DNA of 64,000 nt, from positions 85,917 through 149,916 of the forward strand of contig CALLNU010000019.1 in NCBI GenBank assembly GCA_938005465.1. The letters are read 5' to 3'. Of this stretch, positions 13,329 through 23,188 are shown one piece after another. This DNA is from an uncultured Collinsella sp. Its GTDB lineage: Bacteria > Actinomycetota > Coriobacteriia > Coriobacteriales > Coriobacteriaceae. The notes below the pieces were generated by a model. That model ran no database searches, was not told the origin of the DNA, and saw only the letters and a list, made by a program, of their open reading frames with translations. The translations under genes were made by a program, and so were the position numbers. Position 1 is the stretch's first letter. Every line of letters begins with the position of its first letter.

Positions 13329-13431
13329 GTGCAACCGGTTGTCCTTATCTTACGGGCGGTACAAAAATCTGTGCAACCGGTTGTCCGCCGAACGGTCGAT
13401 TTTGTCGGATTAACGGTGCAACCGGTTGTAC
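13329..13431. promoter_or_regulatory. Three LacI-family operators GTGCAACCGGTTGT
   Basis: Identical 14-bp copies at 13329, 13371 and 13416 in the divergent ebgA/LacI spacer; palindromic core CAACCGGTTG. Confidence 0.85.
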
Positions 13432-13671
13432 AACCATGCTACTTATGTCACCCTAAGCTTAGGTGCACAGCACGGGGCATCGTTCTTGAACTCACAGGCA
13501 ACTGTCGCGCCTGCCTATGTCTCGCCCATACATGCCGTGCTCAGTCGCAGTTTGATTGCAAAACGACACCGGTCACCGGATACCATGGACGCCGTTCACG
13601 CGCGCTATAGTAATCTGTATCCGCATTAGCCTTTATCGATAGCCCACCGACCCAATTGCACAGGAGACGCC

Positions 13672-14688
13672 ATGACCCAACCAGCACGCACCGCACCCAC
13701 GCTTGCCGAGGTTGCTGAAGCTGCCGGTGTTTCGCGCTCCACGGCATCGCGCGCCCTCAACGACTCCCCCCGCATTAGCGAGGAAACTAAAAAGCGTGTC
13801 CGCGCAGCGGCGAAAAAGGTTAACTTCGTTCCCAACGCACGCGGCCGGGCGCTCGCCGTCGGACGCACGGAAATTATCGCCGTGCTGGTTACCGAGCCTT
13901 TGAGCGAGCTGTTTAGCGATCCCACCTACAGTGAGTTTTTAAGCGGCATTACCGAGGAACTTTCGGAGTCGTCTTACTTGCCCGTGATCTTGCAGGCATC
14001 TTCCTCGCATGAGCGCAACCGCGCACGCGAGCATTTTGAGCGCCGCTCGTTTGACGCCGTCATCGACGTCTCGCCCTACAAGGGCAGTGAGCTGCTCGAG
14101 GTGCTGCGCGAGCTGGGCGTACCCACTGTGTTATGCGGCCAGCTCGAGGGCCATCCCTATCGCGACGTGTTCTCGACGGTCTACTCCGACGACGAAGAGG
14201 GCGGACGCTTTGCGGCGCTCGCTATGAAAGATCGCGGACGCAAGGACATCGTTGCCGTGCTGGGGCCGCAGGATAACCCCGCCGTCATCGACCGCCTTCG
14301 CGGCTACCGTGCAATTTTGGGCGAAAGCCTTCCGGATGAAAATGTCATCTATACCGGATGGAGCAGCGGAGACGGCTACCAAGCCACGCGGCGGTTGCTC
14401 GCGCGCGAAATACATGCCGACGGCGTGCTATGCGGATCGGACCGTATCGCAACCGGCGTTATCGCCGCATTCAACGAAGCAGGAATTAGCGTACCCAAAG
14501 ACATTTCGGTCGTGGGCTTCGATGACCACGAGGTCGCAGCTCGCAGCGTCCCCGCGTTGACGACCATTCGTCAGCCGCTTCGCGAGGAAGGCCGCATGGC
14601 CGCAGGCATTGCGCTCGATATGATCAATGGCGCCGTACCCACCACCACCGTCATGCACATGCAGCTCGTTCAGAGAGACTCACTGTAG
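13672..14688 (+). CDS. LacI-family transcriptional regulator (probable ebg repressor)
   Basis: TLAEVAEAAGVSRSTASRALN HTH; VPKDISVVGFDD; LTTIRQP. Confidence 0.95.
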   Translation: MTQPARTAPTLAEVAEAAGVSRSTASRALNDSPRISEETKKRVRAAAKKVNFVPNARGRALAVGRTEIIAVLVTEPLSELFSDPTYSEFLSGITEELSESSYLPVILQASSSHERNRAREHFERRSFDAVIDVSPYKGSELLEVLRELGVPTVLCGQLEGHPYRDVFSTVYSDDEEGGRFAALAMKDRGRKDIVAVLGPQDNPAVIDRLRGYRAILGESLPDENVIYTGWSSGDGYQATRRLLAREIHADGVLCGSDRIATGVIAAFNEAGISVPKDISVVGFDDHEVAARSVPALTTIRQPLREEGRMAAGIALDMINGAVPTTTVMHMQLVQRDSL

Positions 14689-14693
14689 GAAAC

Positions 14694-14831
14694 TGGGCCG
14701 GGCTTTCCGCTAGGCTGCTTTAGCGGAAAGCCCGGCCCATTCCGAACGCCGATTCTGGGATGTACTTTCCGCCAGAAGCTCAACCGGAAAGTGCGACCCG
14801 TTATTTGGCTGGATTCTGGGTCGCAGTTTCC
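14694..14831. repeat. Array of 46-bp palindromic units (about 2.5 copies), same family as 63077-63246
   Basis: Units 14725-14770 and 14786-14831 (GGAAAG...TTTCC), half unit 14694-14708; spacers 16 and 15 bp. Confidence 0.85.
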
Positions 14832-14876
14832 GCGACGTCCGGTCACCCTATGTCCTCGCAACGCCCGCGCATAAAA

Positions 14877-14907
14877 AACGAGGGAAGGCACGCGTCCTTC
14901 CCTCGTT
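14877..14907 (-). terminator. aspS terminator
   Basis: aacgagggaagg / ccttccctcgtt preceded by an A run on the + strand. Confidence 0.75.
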
Positions 14908-14930
14908 GCGGGCAATATATAGCCGCTCGC

Positions 14931-16718
14931 CTACATAAGGCGCAGGCTGACGTCCTTGAGCTGGGCGCCGCTAACGGCACTCGGGGCGCCCGACATAAGG
15001 TCGGAGCCGCTGGCCGTCTTGGGGAACGCCATGACGTCGCGGATGGAGTCGGAACCGGTGAGCAGCATGCACACGCGGTCCAGGCCCAGAGCGAAACCGC
15101 CCATCGGGGGCGCACCAAACTTGAGGGCCTCCATGAGGAAGCCGAACTGAGACTCGGCACGCTCCTCGGTAAAGCCCAGGAGCTTGAGCATGGACATCTG
15201 CATCTCGGCGTTGTGGATACGCATACCGCCGCCGCCGGCCTCAAAGCCGTCCATGACAAAGTCGTAGGTGCAAGAACCGGCTGCCAACGGGTCGGCCTCG
15301 ATCTTGGCGATGTCGGTCTCGGTCGGCAGGGTGAAGGGCTGGTGCTCGGCGGCATAGGCCTTACGGTCCTCATCCCAGTGGAACAGCGGGAAGTTGACGA
15401 CCCACAGGAAGTCGTGGCCCTCGCGCTTGATCTCGAGCGCGTTGGCCATGTGGGAACGCATGCCGCCCAGGATCTCGTCAGAGAGCAGGCGCGGGCCGGC
15501 GGCGAACATCACAAGGTCGCCGGGCTCGACGTCCATGCGCTCGCGCAGAGCCGCCATCTCCTCGTCCGAGAAGAACTTGACGATGGGGCTGTTGATAGAG
15601 CCGTCCTCGCGGAAGGCGATCCAAGCCAGACCCTTGGCGCCAAACGTGGAGGCCACGCCGGCAAGCTTATCGATCTTGGCACGCGCCCAGGCACCGGCAC
15701 CCTTGGCGTTGATGGCCTTGACGACAGAGCCCTCCTCGTTTGCGGCGGTCGCAAAGACCTTGAACTTGGAGTTGGCGAAGATGTCGGTCAGGTCGACCAG
15801 GTGCATGCCATAGCGGGTATCGGGCTTGTCGGAGCCATAGGTGTCCATGGCATCCCAGTAGTTCATGCGACGCAGCGGCGTGGGCATCTCGACGCCCATG
15901 CGGCCGAAGGCATCGGACAGGACTTCTTCGAGCGCGCTCATGACATCGTTCTGGTCCACGAAGGACATCTCGATATCGACCTGGGTGAACTCGGGCTGAC
16001 GGTCGGCACGCAGGTCCTCGTCGCGGAAGCACTTGGCAACCTGGTAGTAGCGCTCGACGCCACCGACCATAAGCAGCTGCTTCAGGAGCTGCGGGGACTG
16101 CGGCAGGGCGTAGAAGTTACCCGGCTGGATACGGCTGGGAACGATGAAGTCGCGAGCGCCCTCGGGCGTGGACTTAAACAGGGAGGGCGTCTCGACCTCC
16201 ATGAACTCACGGTTGTGCAGCGCCTCGCGAATGGCAAAGGTGAAGTCGGAGCGCAGCTTGAGGTTGGCCATCATCTCGGGACGGCGGAGGTCCAGATAGC
16301 GATAGCGCAGACGGGTGTCCTCGCTGGTCTCGATGCCGTCCTCGATCTGGAAAGGCGGGGTGACAGACGTGTTGAGCACCTCGGCGTGGTCGGTCAGGAC
16401 CTCGATCTCGCCGGTCGCGAGCTTGGTGTTGGTGGTCTCCTCGCCACGAGCGCGCACGACGCCGTGGATCTTGATGGGCCACTCGGGACGCATGGTCTCG
16501 GCGATCTTAAAGGCGTCGCCGTCAGAGTGCTCGGGGTCGAAGGTGAGCTGCGTGATGCCCTCGCGGTCGCGAAGGTCGCAGAAGATAAGGCCGCCGTGGT
16601 CGCGGCGACGGCTCACCCAACCGGTGAGGGTGACCTCTTCGCCCACGTTCTCGAAGCGAAGCTCGCCGCAGGTACGGGTGTGCATGGAATGCTCATCGAT
16701 GGGACGGGTCTGGCTCAT
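14931..16718 (-). CDS. aspS: Aspartate--tRNA ligase, probably non-discriminating (Asp/Asn)
   Basis: RRRDHGG (His typical of ND enzymes), STPEGARDF, YALPQSPQ, FRDEDLRADRQPEF, GLDR. Confidence 0.97.
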   Translation of the reverse strand: MSQTRPIDEHSMHTRTCGELRFENVGEEVTLTGWVSRRRDHGGLIFCDLRDREGITQLTFDPEHSDGDAFKIAETMRPEWPIKIHGVVRARGEETTNTKLATGEIEVLTDHAEVLNTSVTPPFQIEDGIETSEDTRLRYRYLDLRRPEMMANLKLRSDFTFAIREALHNREFMEVETPSLFKSTPEGARDFIVPSRIQPGNFYALPQSPQLLKQLLMVGGVERYYQVAKCFRDEDLRADRQPEFTQVDIEMSFVDQNDVMSALEEVLSDAFGRMGVEMPTPLRRMNYWDAMDTYGSDKPDTRYGMHLVDLTDIFANSKFKVFATAANEEGSVVKAINAKGAGAWARAKIDKLAGVASTFGAKGLAWIAFREDGSINSPIVKFFSDEEMAALRERMDVEPGDLVMFAAGPRLLSDEILGGMRSHMANALEIKREGHDFLWVVNFPLFHWDEDRKAYAAEHQPFTLPTETDIAKIEADPLAAGSCTYDFVMDGFEAGGGGMRIHNAEMQMSMLKLLGFTEERAESQFGFLMEALKFGAPPMGGFALGLDRVCMLLTGSDSIRDVMAFPKTASGSDLMSGAPSAVSGAQLKDVSLRLM

Positions 16719-16974
16719 ACCAGTGATCCTCCTTTATGGATCTGTGCCGCCCCGTGTCGTTCCGGGCGGCGTCGTACAGATTTGCCCAGCCTGCGTAAAC
16801 CGCGCAGCCAGACATGGCGTTCTATCTTATCGCACCCGCGTCGATGTGCCGCGAAAAAGTAGCTCTTGTCCAAAGACTTGACGGAGACGAAACAATTGAC
16901 GCGGCCTGGCCGTCGCCAAGGCGCGCCGCGTGCGACAATGTGCCCCAACACAGCTGCGCTCGGAAAGGCCCGTC

Positions 16975-17610
16975 ATGACCGCACGCCTCATCGTTATGGA
17001 TATCGACTCCACGCTCATCAACCAGGAGGTCATCGACCTGTTGGGCGAGGAAGCCGGCGTAGGCGAGCAAGTTGCGCAGATCACCGAGCGCGCCATGCGC
17101 GGCGAACTGGACTTTAAGCAGGCGCTCGAGGAGCGCGTGGGGCTGCTTGCCGGCTTGGACGAGAGTGTGTTCGAGCGCACCTTTGAGCGTGTGACGTTTA
17201 CCCCCGGCGCGCTGGAGCTTGTGCGCTCGGCGCACAGCAAGGGCTGGAAGGTCGGCGTGGTAAGCGGAGGCTTCCACGAGGTCGCTGACAAGATCGTGGC
17301 TGCCGCGGGTATCGACTTTTGCCTGGCCAACCGTCTGGAGGTCGTAGACGGCAAGCTCACGGGTAAGCTGGCGGCAGACATCGTGACCAAGGAATCCAAG
17401 CTCATCCAGCTGCTGGACTGGGCGGTTGAGTGCGGTGTCGATATGGCCCATACCGTGGCAATCGGCGACGGCGCCAACGACATCCCCATGATTCAGGCCG
17501 CGGGCACGGGCATCGCGTTTTGTGCCAAGCCCAAGACGCGCGAAGCCGCCCCGTTTGCCATCGACGAACGCAACCTGATGCTCGCCATGGACATCATCCT
17601 GCGTGACTAG
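16975..17610 (+). CDS. serB: Phosphoserine phosphatase (HAD)
   Basis: MDIDSTL, ITERAMRGELDF, VVSGGF, GDGAND; start ATG 16975. Confidence 0.93.
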   Translation: MTARLIVMDIDSTLINQEVIDLLGEEAGVGEQVAQITERAMRGELDFKQALEERVGLLAGLDESVFERTFERVTFTPGALELVRSAHSKGWKVGVVSGGFHEVADKIVAAAGIDFCLANRLEVVDGKLTGKLAADIVTKESKLIQLLDWAVECGVDMAHTVAIGDGANDIPMIQAAGTGIAFCAKPKTREAAPFAIDERNLMLAMDIILRD

Positions 17611-17648
17611 TCGATCCGTCTAACAGCAGAATCAATTCCTCTATGTCT

Positions 17649-17684
17649 AGTTTCCGAACAATTTTATCTTAATGTTCGGAAACT
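17649..17684. promoter_or_regulatory. 12-bp perfect inverted repeat upstream of larB (operator or terminator)
   Basis: agtttccgaaca-N12-tgttcggaaact. Confidence 0.5.
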
Positions 17685-17726
17685 TGCCCTTGAGTGCTAG
17701 ACTTTGCACCGTCGAAGGGAACTTAT

Positions 17727-18509
17727 ATGGATAAGCGAGATCTTGAGCAATTGCTGAGCGATGTTGCCGACGGAGCAGTTGCCCCGGCAGTCGCCCTCAC
17801 GCGCCTCCAGACGGCGCCAACCGCCGATCTGGGTTTTGCGCAGCTCGATCTTTCGCGCGGGGTGCGCCAGGGAGCCGGCGAGGTTGTCTACGGCGCCGGT
17901 AAAACCGCCGAGCAAATTGCCGCCATTATCGAAGCGCTGCGCGATGCCGGTCAGGAGCGCATCCTGGTCACGCGCCTGGACAGCGAAAAAGCAGCCCGTA
18001 CCTCGGAGCTTCTCGGCAACGACATCGACCTGGGATATGCCCCGAACGCCCAGCTCGCCCTGGTGGGTGGCAAGCCCTCCCCCACCGGTAACGGACGCGT
18101 TGTCGTCGCCTGCGCCGGCACGAGCGACCTGCCCGTCGCCGAAGAGGCGGCACTGACGGCCGAGTTCTACGGCAACGAGGTCGACCGCCTCTACGACGTG
18201 GGTGTCGCCGGCCTGCACCGCCTGCTCGCTCATGCCGAGGAACTTGCCCAGGCGCAGGCGGTCATCGCCATCGCCGGCATGGAAGGCGCCCTGGCGAGCG
18301 TTATCGGCGGTCTGGTGAGCTGTCCGGTCATTGCCGTTCCCACCAGCGTGGGCTACGGCGCGAGCTTTGGTGGCGTAGCCGCGCTGCTCGCCATGCTCAA
18401 CTCCTGCGCCAGCGGCGTTTCGGTCGTCAATATCGACAACGGCTTTGGTGCCGCCTACCAGGCAAGTCTTATCAATCATCTGAGCGCCGGCACACCTCGC
18501 GCCCGTTAA
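17727..18509 (+). CDS. larB: Nickel pincer cofactor biosynthesis protein LarB
   Basis: AGTSDLPVAEEA, DVGVAGLHRL, AGMEGAL, PTSVGYG, VVNIDNGFGAA. Confidence 0.93.
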   Translation: MDKRDLEQLLSDVADGAVAPAVALTRLQTAPTADLGFAQLDLSRGVRQGAGEVVYGAGKTAEQIAAIIEALRDAGQERILVTRLDSEKAARTSELLGNDIDLGYAPNAQLALVGGKPSPTGNGRVVVACAGTSDLPVAEEAALTAEFYGNEVDRLYDVGVAGLHRLLAHAEELAQAQAVIAIAGMEGALASVIGGLVSCPVIAVPTSVGYGASFGGVAALLAMLNSCASGVSVVNIDNGFGAAYQASLINHLSAGTPRAR

Positions 18510-18519
18510 GGAGCATTTC

Positions 18520-19437
18520 ATGTCCAACCATCAGCACACGCTTATCATCGACGGCACCTCGGGCATCAGCGGCGACATGACCGTCGCGGCCCTGCTCGAC
18601 CTGGGCGCCAGCGAGGAGCACCTGCGCGAACAGCTCGCCACGCTGCCGGTCGACGGCTTTGAGATTGCCGTCACGCGTGCAAACAAGCATGGCATCGACG
18701 CCTGCGATTTCGACGTCCAGCTTGCAGAGGAGCTCGAGAACCACGATCACGATATGGCCTGGCTCTACGGCAACGAAGCAGCTGCCGAACACACGCACGA
18801 GCTTGAGCACCACCATCATGACCATAGCGAGCACGAACACGAGCACTGCCACGAGCATGACCATGAGGCCCATGGCCATGGCCACGAGGACCACCATCAC
18901 GCCCATCACCATCACCACCGTTCTTTGGCGGACGTCACCGCCATCATCGATGGCTCGCAGCTAAGCGATGGCGCCAAGCGTCGCGCCCTCGCCATTTTTT
19001 CCGTACTCGCCGCGGCCGAGGCCAAGGCTCACGGCAAAACGCCCGAGACCGTCATGTTCCACGAGGTGGGCGCCGTCGACTCCATCGTCGACGTCTGCTC
19101 TGTCGCCATCTGCCTCGATGACCTGGGCATCGAGGATATCGTGGTCGAGTCGCTCTCCGAGGGCCACGGCACCATCCACTGTGCCCACGGCCTCATGCCC
19201 ATTCCCGTCCCCGCTGTCGTCAACCTGTGCCAGGCGGGCAATATCGCCCTCACGCCCGCACCGGTCGCCGGCGAGCTCGTGACGCCCACGGGCGCCGCCA
19301 TCGTCACCGCGCTGCGTACGTCCGACCAACTGCCCTCACGCTACCGCATCGAAGCCGTCGGCTACGGCGCCGGTAAGCGCCCCTACGAGGGCTGCTCCGG
19401 AACGCTCCGTTGTCTGCTCGTTCGCGTGGATGCATAG
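18520..19437 (+). CDS. larC: Nickel insertion protein LarC, N-terminal (LarC1-like) part with His-rich tract
   Basis: GISGDM..AALLDLG, long His/Glu tract, FHEVGAVDSIVD, CAHG.MP.P.PA, ELVTPTGAA, GYGAG; 305 aa, no C-terminal LarC2 domain. Confidence 0.9.
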   Translation: MSNHQHTLIIDGTSGISGDMTVAALLDLGASEEHLREQLATLPVDGFEIAVTRANKHGIDACDFDVQLAEELENHDHDMAWLYGNEAAAEHTHELEHHHHDHSEHEHEHCHEHDHEAHGHGHEDHHHAHHHHHRSLADVTAIIDGSQLSDGAKRRALAIFSVLAAAEAKAHGKTPETVMFHEVGAVDSIVDVCSVAICLDDLGIEDIVVESLSEGHGTIHCAHGLMPIPVPAVVNLCQAGNIALTPAPVAGELVTPTGAAIVTALRTSDQLPSRYRIEAVGYGAGKRPYEGCSGTLRCLLVRVDA

Positions 19438-19439
19438 CC

Positions 19440-19979
19440 ATGGATGCCCGCAAAGAAAAAAGCCGCGCTGCCATCGTCGCGGCATTCTCTGAGCTCCTGC
19501 GCGAGGAAGACTACAGCAAGATCACCGTCGGCGACATCATCGCTCGCGCCCATGTGGGTCGGGCCACGTTCTACGGCCTCTTCAAGAGCAAAGATGACCT
19601 ACTCGCCGCGCTCGTGAGCGACATCTGCACCCACGCCCTCGACGACGATGGCACACCGCTCGACGACCCACTCGTGCAGGTCGAGCATATTCTCAACAAC
19701 CTCTGGGAGCGCCGCCAAGGCGTTCGAGCCCTCGTAGCCGGCGCCGGCTCCCGCGTCTTCGCCGACTGTCTCCGCAAGACCATCATGTCACGAGCAGCCG
19801 AAACCGTGCCCGCCGACCCCACAGGCCCCGCCGGCACCATGGACCGCAGCTTCTTACTACACCACATAGCCTCAAGCTTCGTAGCAACCGTCCAATGGTG
19901 GGCCTGGCACAACTTCCAAGCCCCAAAAGAGAACGTAGCCAAAGACTACCTATCAGCCATAAAACCCCTCTTCAGCTAA
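19440..19979 (+). CDS. TetR/AcrR family regulator
   Basis: ITVGDIIARAHVGRATFY..FKSKDDLL HTH. Confidence 0.9.
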   Translation: MDARKEKSRAAIVAAFSELLREEDYSKITVGDIIARAHVGRATFYGLFKSKDDLLAALVSDICTHALDDDGTPLDDPLVQVEHILNNLWERRQGVRALVAGAGSRVFADCLRKTIMSRAAETVPADPTGPAGTMDRSFLLHHIASSFVATVQWWAWHNFQAPKENVAKDYLSAIKPLFS

Positions 19980-20135
19980 GTAAGAAGCTCATCTCAAAGC
20001 ACCGCCCCACCCCAAGGCGCCACGCATCCCAAAGTGTCACTCGCACTTCGATGCCCCCAACAGCAACAAGCCCCTCCCATCCAAATTCAGATATATATGT
20101 TGGGTTGCTTGTTCGAACACAGCCAAAAATGCCCA

Positions 20136-20260
20136 GGGCTCGGTAAGGGTTAACTTTCCAACGCACTCCGCAGGACGCAAAAAGGCTCGCCGCACGAAGT
20201 GCGCAGCGAGCCTTTTTGCATGTCCGAGGACGCGTTGGAAAGTTAACCCTTACCGAGCCC
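20136..20260. repeat. Branched hairpin element, copy A
   Basis: 29-bp perfect outer stem (20136-20164/20232-20260), 14-bp inner stem, three mini-hairpins. Confidence 0.92.
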
Positions 20261-20284
20261 GGACCTTATAGAGCCGTCCTTAGC

Positions 20285-21016
20285 CTAGAACATGCCCAAG
20301 AAACCGTGCACAAACAGTGCGGCCAGAGCGGCACCGATAAACGGTGCGATGCCAGGAACAAGCAGGCCATACTTCCAGTTGTTGTCAGCCTTGTTCTTGA
20401 TCGGCAGCACCTGATAGGCCATGCGAGGACCAAGGTCACGAGCCTGGTTCATGGCGAAGCCGGTGATGCCGCCCATGCCCATGCCAACGGCCCAAACGAT
20501 CAGACCGACGCAGATGGCAAGCATCAGAACGTTCTCGCCGGCGCGGCTAGCGGCAGCAAGGATGGCGCTGATGAACACAAAGGTGCAGATAGCCTCGCAG
20601 AAGAAGTTACGGGCATAGTTCGTGCCCTCGGTGGTGGGGTTGGTCGAGAAGATATTGCGCTGGGCAATGGGGTCGACGACGCCCTCGGAAGCCTTGAACT
20701 CATCGGCATACATCAACCAAGCGATTACGGCGCCCACAAAGCCACCGAGCATATCGGTAAGCATGAAGGGGATGCAGCTGCTCCACGGCACCAGGCCTAC
20801 GATGCACTGGGCAAGCACCATGGCCGGGTTCATGCACACGGCGCCGCCAAAGACAAACAGGCAGACCGAGATGCCAAAGGACCAGGTGGTGATGGCAAAC
20901 ATATGGCCGGAACCCTGATACTTGGTGCCCTTGAGCACGGTATCGCAGTGCACGCCCACGCCAAAGATGATCATGAGGGCCGTTGCGCCGAATTCGCAGA
21001 GGAGTTTGGTAAGCAT
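20285..21016 (-). CDS. MIP/aquaglyceroporin channel (LarD/GlpF-like, probable lactate channel)
   Basis: CEFGAT, NPA and NQARDLGPR boxes, six TM helices; directly downstream of larA. Confidence 0.88.
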   Translation of the reverse strand: MLTKLLCEFGATALMIIFGVGVHCDTVLKGTKYQGSGHMFAITTWSFGISVCLFVFGGAVCMNPAMVLAQCIVGLVPWSSCIPFMLTDMLGGFVGAVIAWLMYADEFKASEGVVDPIAQRNIFSTNPTTEGTNYARNFFCEAICTFVFISAILAAASRAGENVLMLAICVGLIVWAVGMGMGGITGFAMNQARDLGPRMAYQVLPIKNKADNNWKYGLLVPGIAPFIGAALAALFVHGFLGMF

Positions 21017-21065
21017 AAAACCTTATCTTTCTTGTCGGTTATAAACGATTCGTTTAGGCCGCGCA

Positions 21066-22343
21066 CTAGTGCTGTGCGACGACAACGCCCAGGCCATCGG
21101 GAATGACGGCTACCTTGGCATCGGCACCCTTCATCTCAAAGGCGAGCTTGAGCGCCTCCTCGAGGGTGTTGACCGGCGTCATGTGCATATCCTTAATCAT
21201 CTGGTGATCGCACAGGTCGGTGACCATGATCACAGGGTGATGCGCCAGGATGCGGGCGAAAATCTGGCTCGTCCACTGGTCGGGCAGGGTCTCGTCCTTA
21301 GGACGGTCGATGCAGGCGCGCTCAAACTCTGCCGGATCGTTGTCGGCGATGTTGTGATAGAAGCCCTCGCCACCGTGACCGTCGGCACAACCGGCGACAT
21401 CGATGATCACGCCGCCCTCGGGAAGTGTGGCCTCTGCAGAGCACATGCCCTTCACGGCCTGATAGATGTTCTGGTCGAGCGGGTAGCCGCCGTTGGTGGT
21501 AATGGCAATCTCGCACTCGACGGGCTCAACGCCGGCAAGGCTCTTCACGAACTCGCAGCCAGCCTCGTGCGCCTTGTGGATGTCACCGGCAAAAGAACCG
21601 ATGACCTCGTGCTTGCCGTTGAGCACCACGTTAAGCACAAAGGCAAGGTGAGCCATCTCGGCGGCGGCAAACATGTCCTCGCTCACGTGGTTGTGGCACA
21701 GGTTGCCGGCACGCGAGTGGGAATCATTCACAAACTGACCGTTGTGGTTGTACATGATGGTCTTGTAGCTGGCGACGCCAGGCAGGACGGACTTGCGGCT
21801 ACCAGAGAAACCGGCAAAGAAATGCGGCTCAATAAAGCCCTCGGCAAGCAGCAGATCGCAATCGGCAGCAATCTTGTTGATGATGCACTCGCCGCCAGAA
21901 GGCAGGGTGCCGATCTTTTTCATCATGCTGTCGTCAGTCGCGACGTGCATAACGATTTCCTCGTTGGCAACGATCTCCTCGCCGTACTTGTTGACGAGCT
22001 CCTCGTGCGTCGACGGACGATGCATACCCGTAGCAACCAGAATGCGAACGCGCGCTTCAGGCGCAGCAGAATGGATGTGATGCAGCAGAATAGGCATCGT
22101 CACACGCGAGGGAACAGGGCGCGTATGGTCGGAGCTAATGATGACAATATCCTTCTTGCCAGCACAAAGCTCCTCGAGCGGAGGCGAGCCATAAGGGTTG
22201 GCAAGCGACTCCTCTACCAGCTCTTCCTGCGATTTCGTGGTCTTAAACTCGTTTTGATGACCTTCCATCACACCCGCGAAGTTCTTATCCTCGAGCTCCA
22301 GATGCAACGTCTTGCGGTCAAACGGCAGTTCACATTCAAACAA
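21066..22343 (-). CDS. larA: Nickel-dependent lactate racemase family protein
   Basis: SDHTRPVPS, ATGMHR, EPHFFAGFSGSRKS, GGYPLDQNIYQAVKG, DQW..Q. Confidence 0.93.
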   Translation of the reverse strand: MFECELPFDRKTLHLELEDKNFAGVMEGHQNEFKTTKSQEELVEESLANPYGSPPLEELCAGKKDIVIISSDHTRPVPSRVTMPILLHHIHSAAPEARVRILVATGMHRPSTHEELVNKYGEEIVANEEIVMHVATDDSMMKKIGTLPSGGECIINKIAADCDLLLAEGFIEPHFFAGFSGSRKSVLPGVASYKTIMYNHNGQFVNDSHSRAGNLCHNHVSEDMFAAAEMAHLAFVLNVVLNGKHEVIGSFAGDIHKAHEAGCEFVKSLAGVEPVECEIAITTNGGYPLDQNIYQAVKGMCSAEATLPEGGVIIDVAGCADGHGGEGFYHNIADNDPAEFERACIDRPKDETLPDQWTSQIFARILAHHPVIMVTDLCDHQMIKDMHMTPVNTLEEALKLAFEMKGADAKVAVIPDGLGVVVAQH

Positions 22344-23061
22344 TGACGAGCGCCCTCTTCCTTTTCAACTGACACACTAGATAAACCGTTGGAAGGATAC
22401 GCCGCTCACCGAAAAACACCACCGTCCACCGACTCATTAACACAACGTTCATATTTGACCCACAACAAAACGGCCGCGACCCCAAACGGAACCGCAGCCG
22501 CCTGTCAAAGACACTATAGACAGGATGATTTACGCAGCGCCGAGGCAAACATCTAGCCCGAGACGTACGCACGTAAGCCATTTTGCATAAATGCGTTAAT
22601 TAATTGCATAAAATGGCGCATGGATTTCTAGCCGTAACAGGGTGGTACCCTCCGGAGCGTGCATTTTTGCGAGTATTCAGCATCGCGGGATAAGATTTTG
22701 GTGTCAAAAGTCTTTCAAAAGGTAGATAGTCCTCATGGCTCGTCCCATCTGGATAGCATGCGGCGAGAAACCAGCCATATATGAACATCGCCAAAGCCCA
22801 ATCGTCGTGCAAAAGCATCAACAGGGGCCGCGAACGTCACCCATAGCCTTATGCACCAATCTTTGGCTGCTGAAAACTCCGTTTTTTGCACGTCGTCCCA
22901 AGCACCACCCTCACCCAGCGGCTGATCCGCCGTAAACCGAGGACGAAAGGACCCGATGGGTTTCCCTCTGAATGCACTCCGCAGCACGAAGCCCCTTCCA
23001 AACGCGCGAAGCGCGCCATTAATTCCCCCAGCCAGTAATCCGCCGAAGACCGGACATCGCA

Positions 23062-23188
23062 GGGCCCGCCATTAGTTTACTTTTAGGCACACTCCGCAGG
23101 ACGCAAGAAGCCCTCGCCGCACGAAGTGCGCAGCGAGGGCTTCTTGCATGTCCGAGGACGTGCCTAAAAGTAAACTGATGGCGGGCCC
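23062..23188. repeat. Branched hairpin element, copy B
   Basis: 29-bp outer stem (23062-23090/23160-23188, one T-G pair), 15-bp inner stem, same three mini-hairpins as copy A. Confidence 0.92.

Noticed and set aside
18790..18920. CAC/CAT/GAG low-complexity repeat
   Set aside because: Encodes the known His-rich nickel-binding tract of LarC.
22639..22649. T-box-like motif AGGGTGGTACC
   Set aside because: On the + strand with no downstream + strand gene, and no specifier stem or terminator was seen.
22600..22987. Possible frameshifted membrane-protein remnant on the - strand
   Set aside because: Two short overlapping ORFs without a recognisable motif or RBS; cannot be supported without a homology search.
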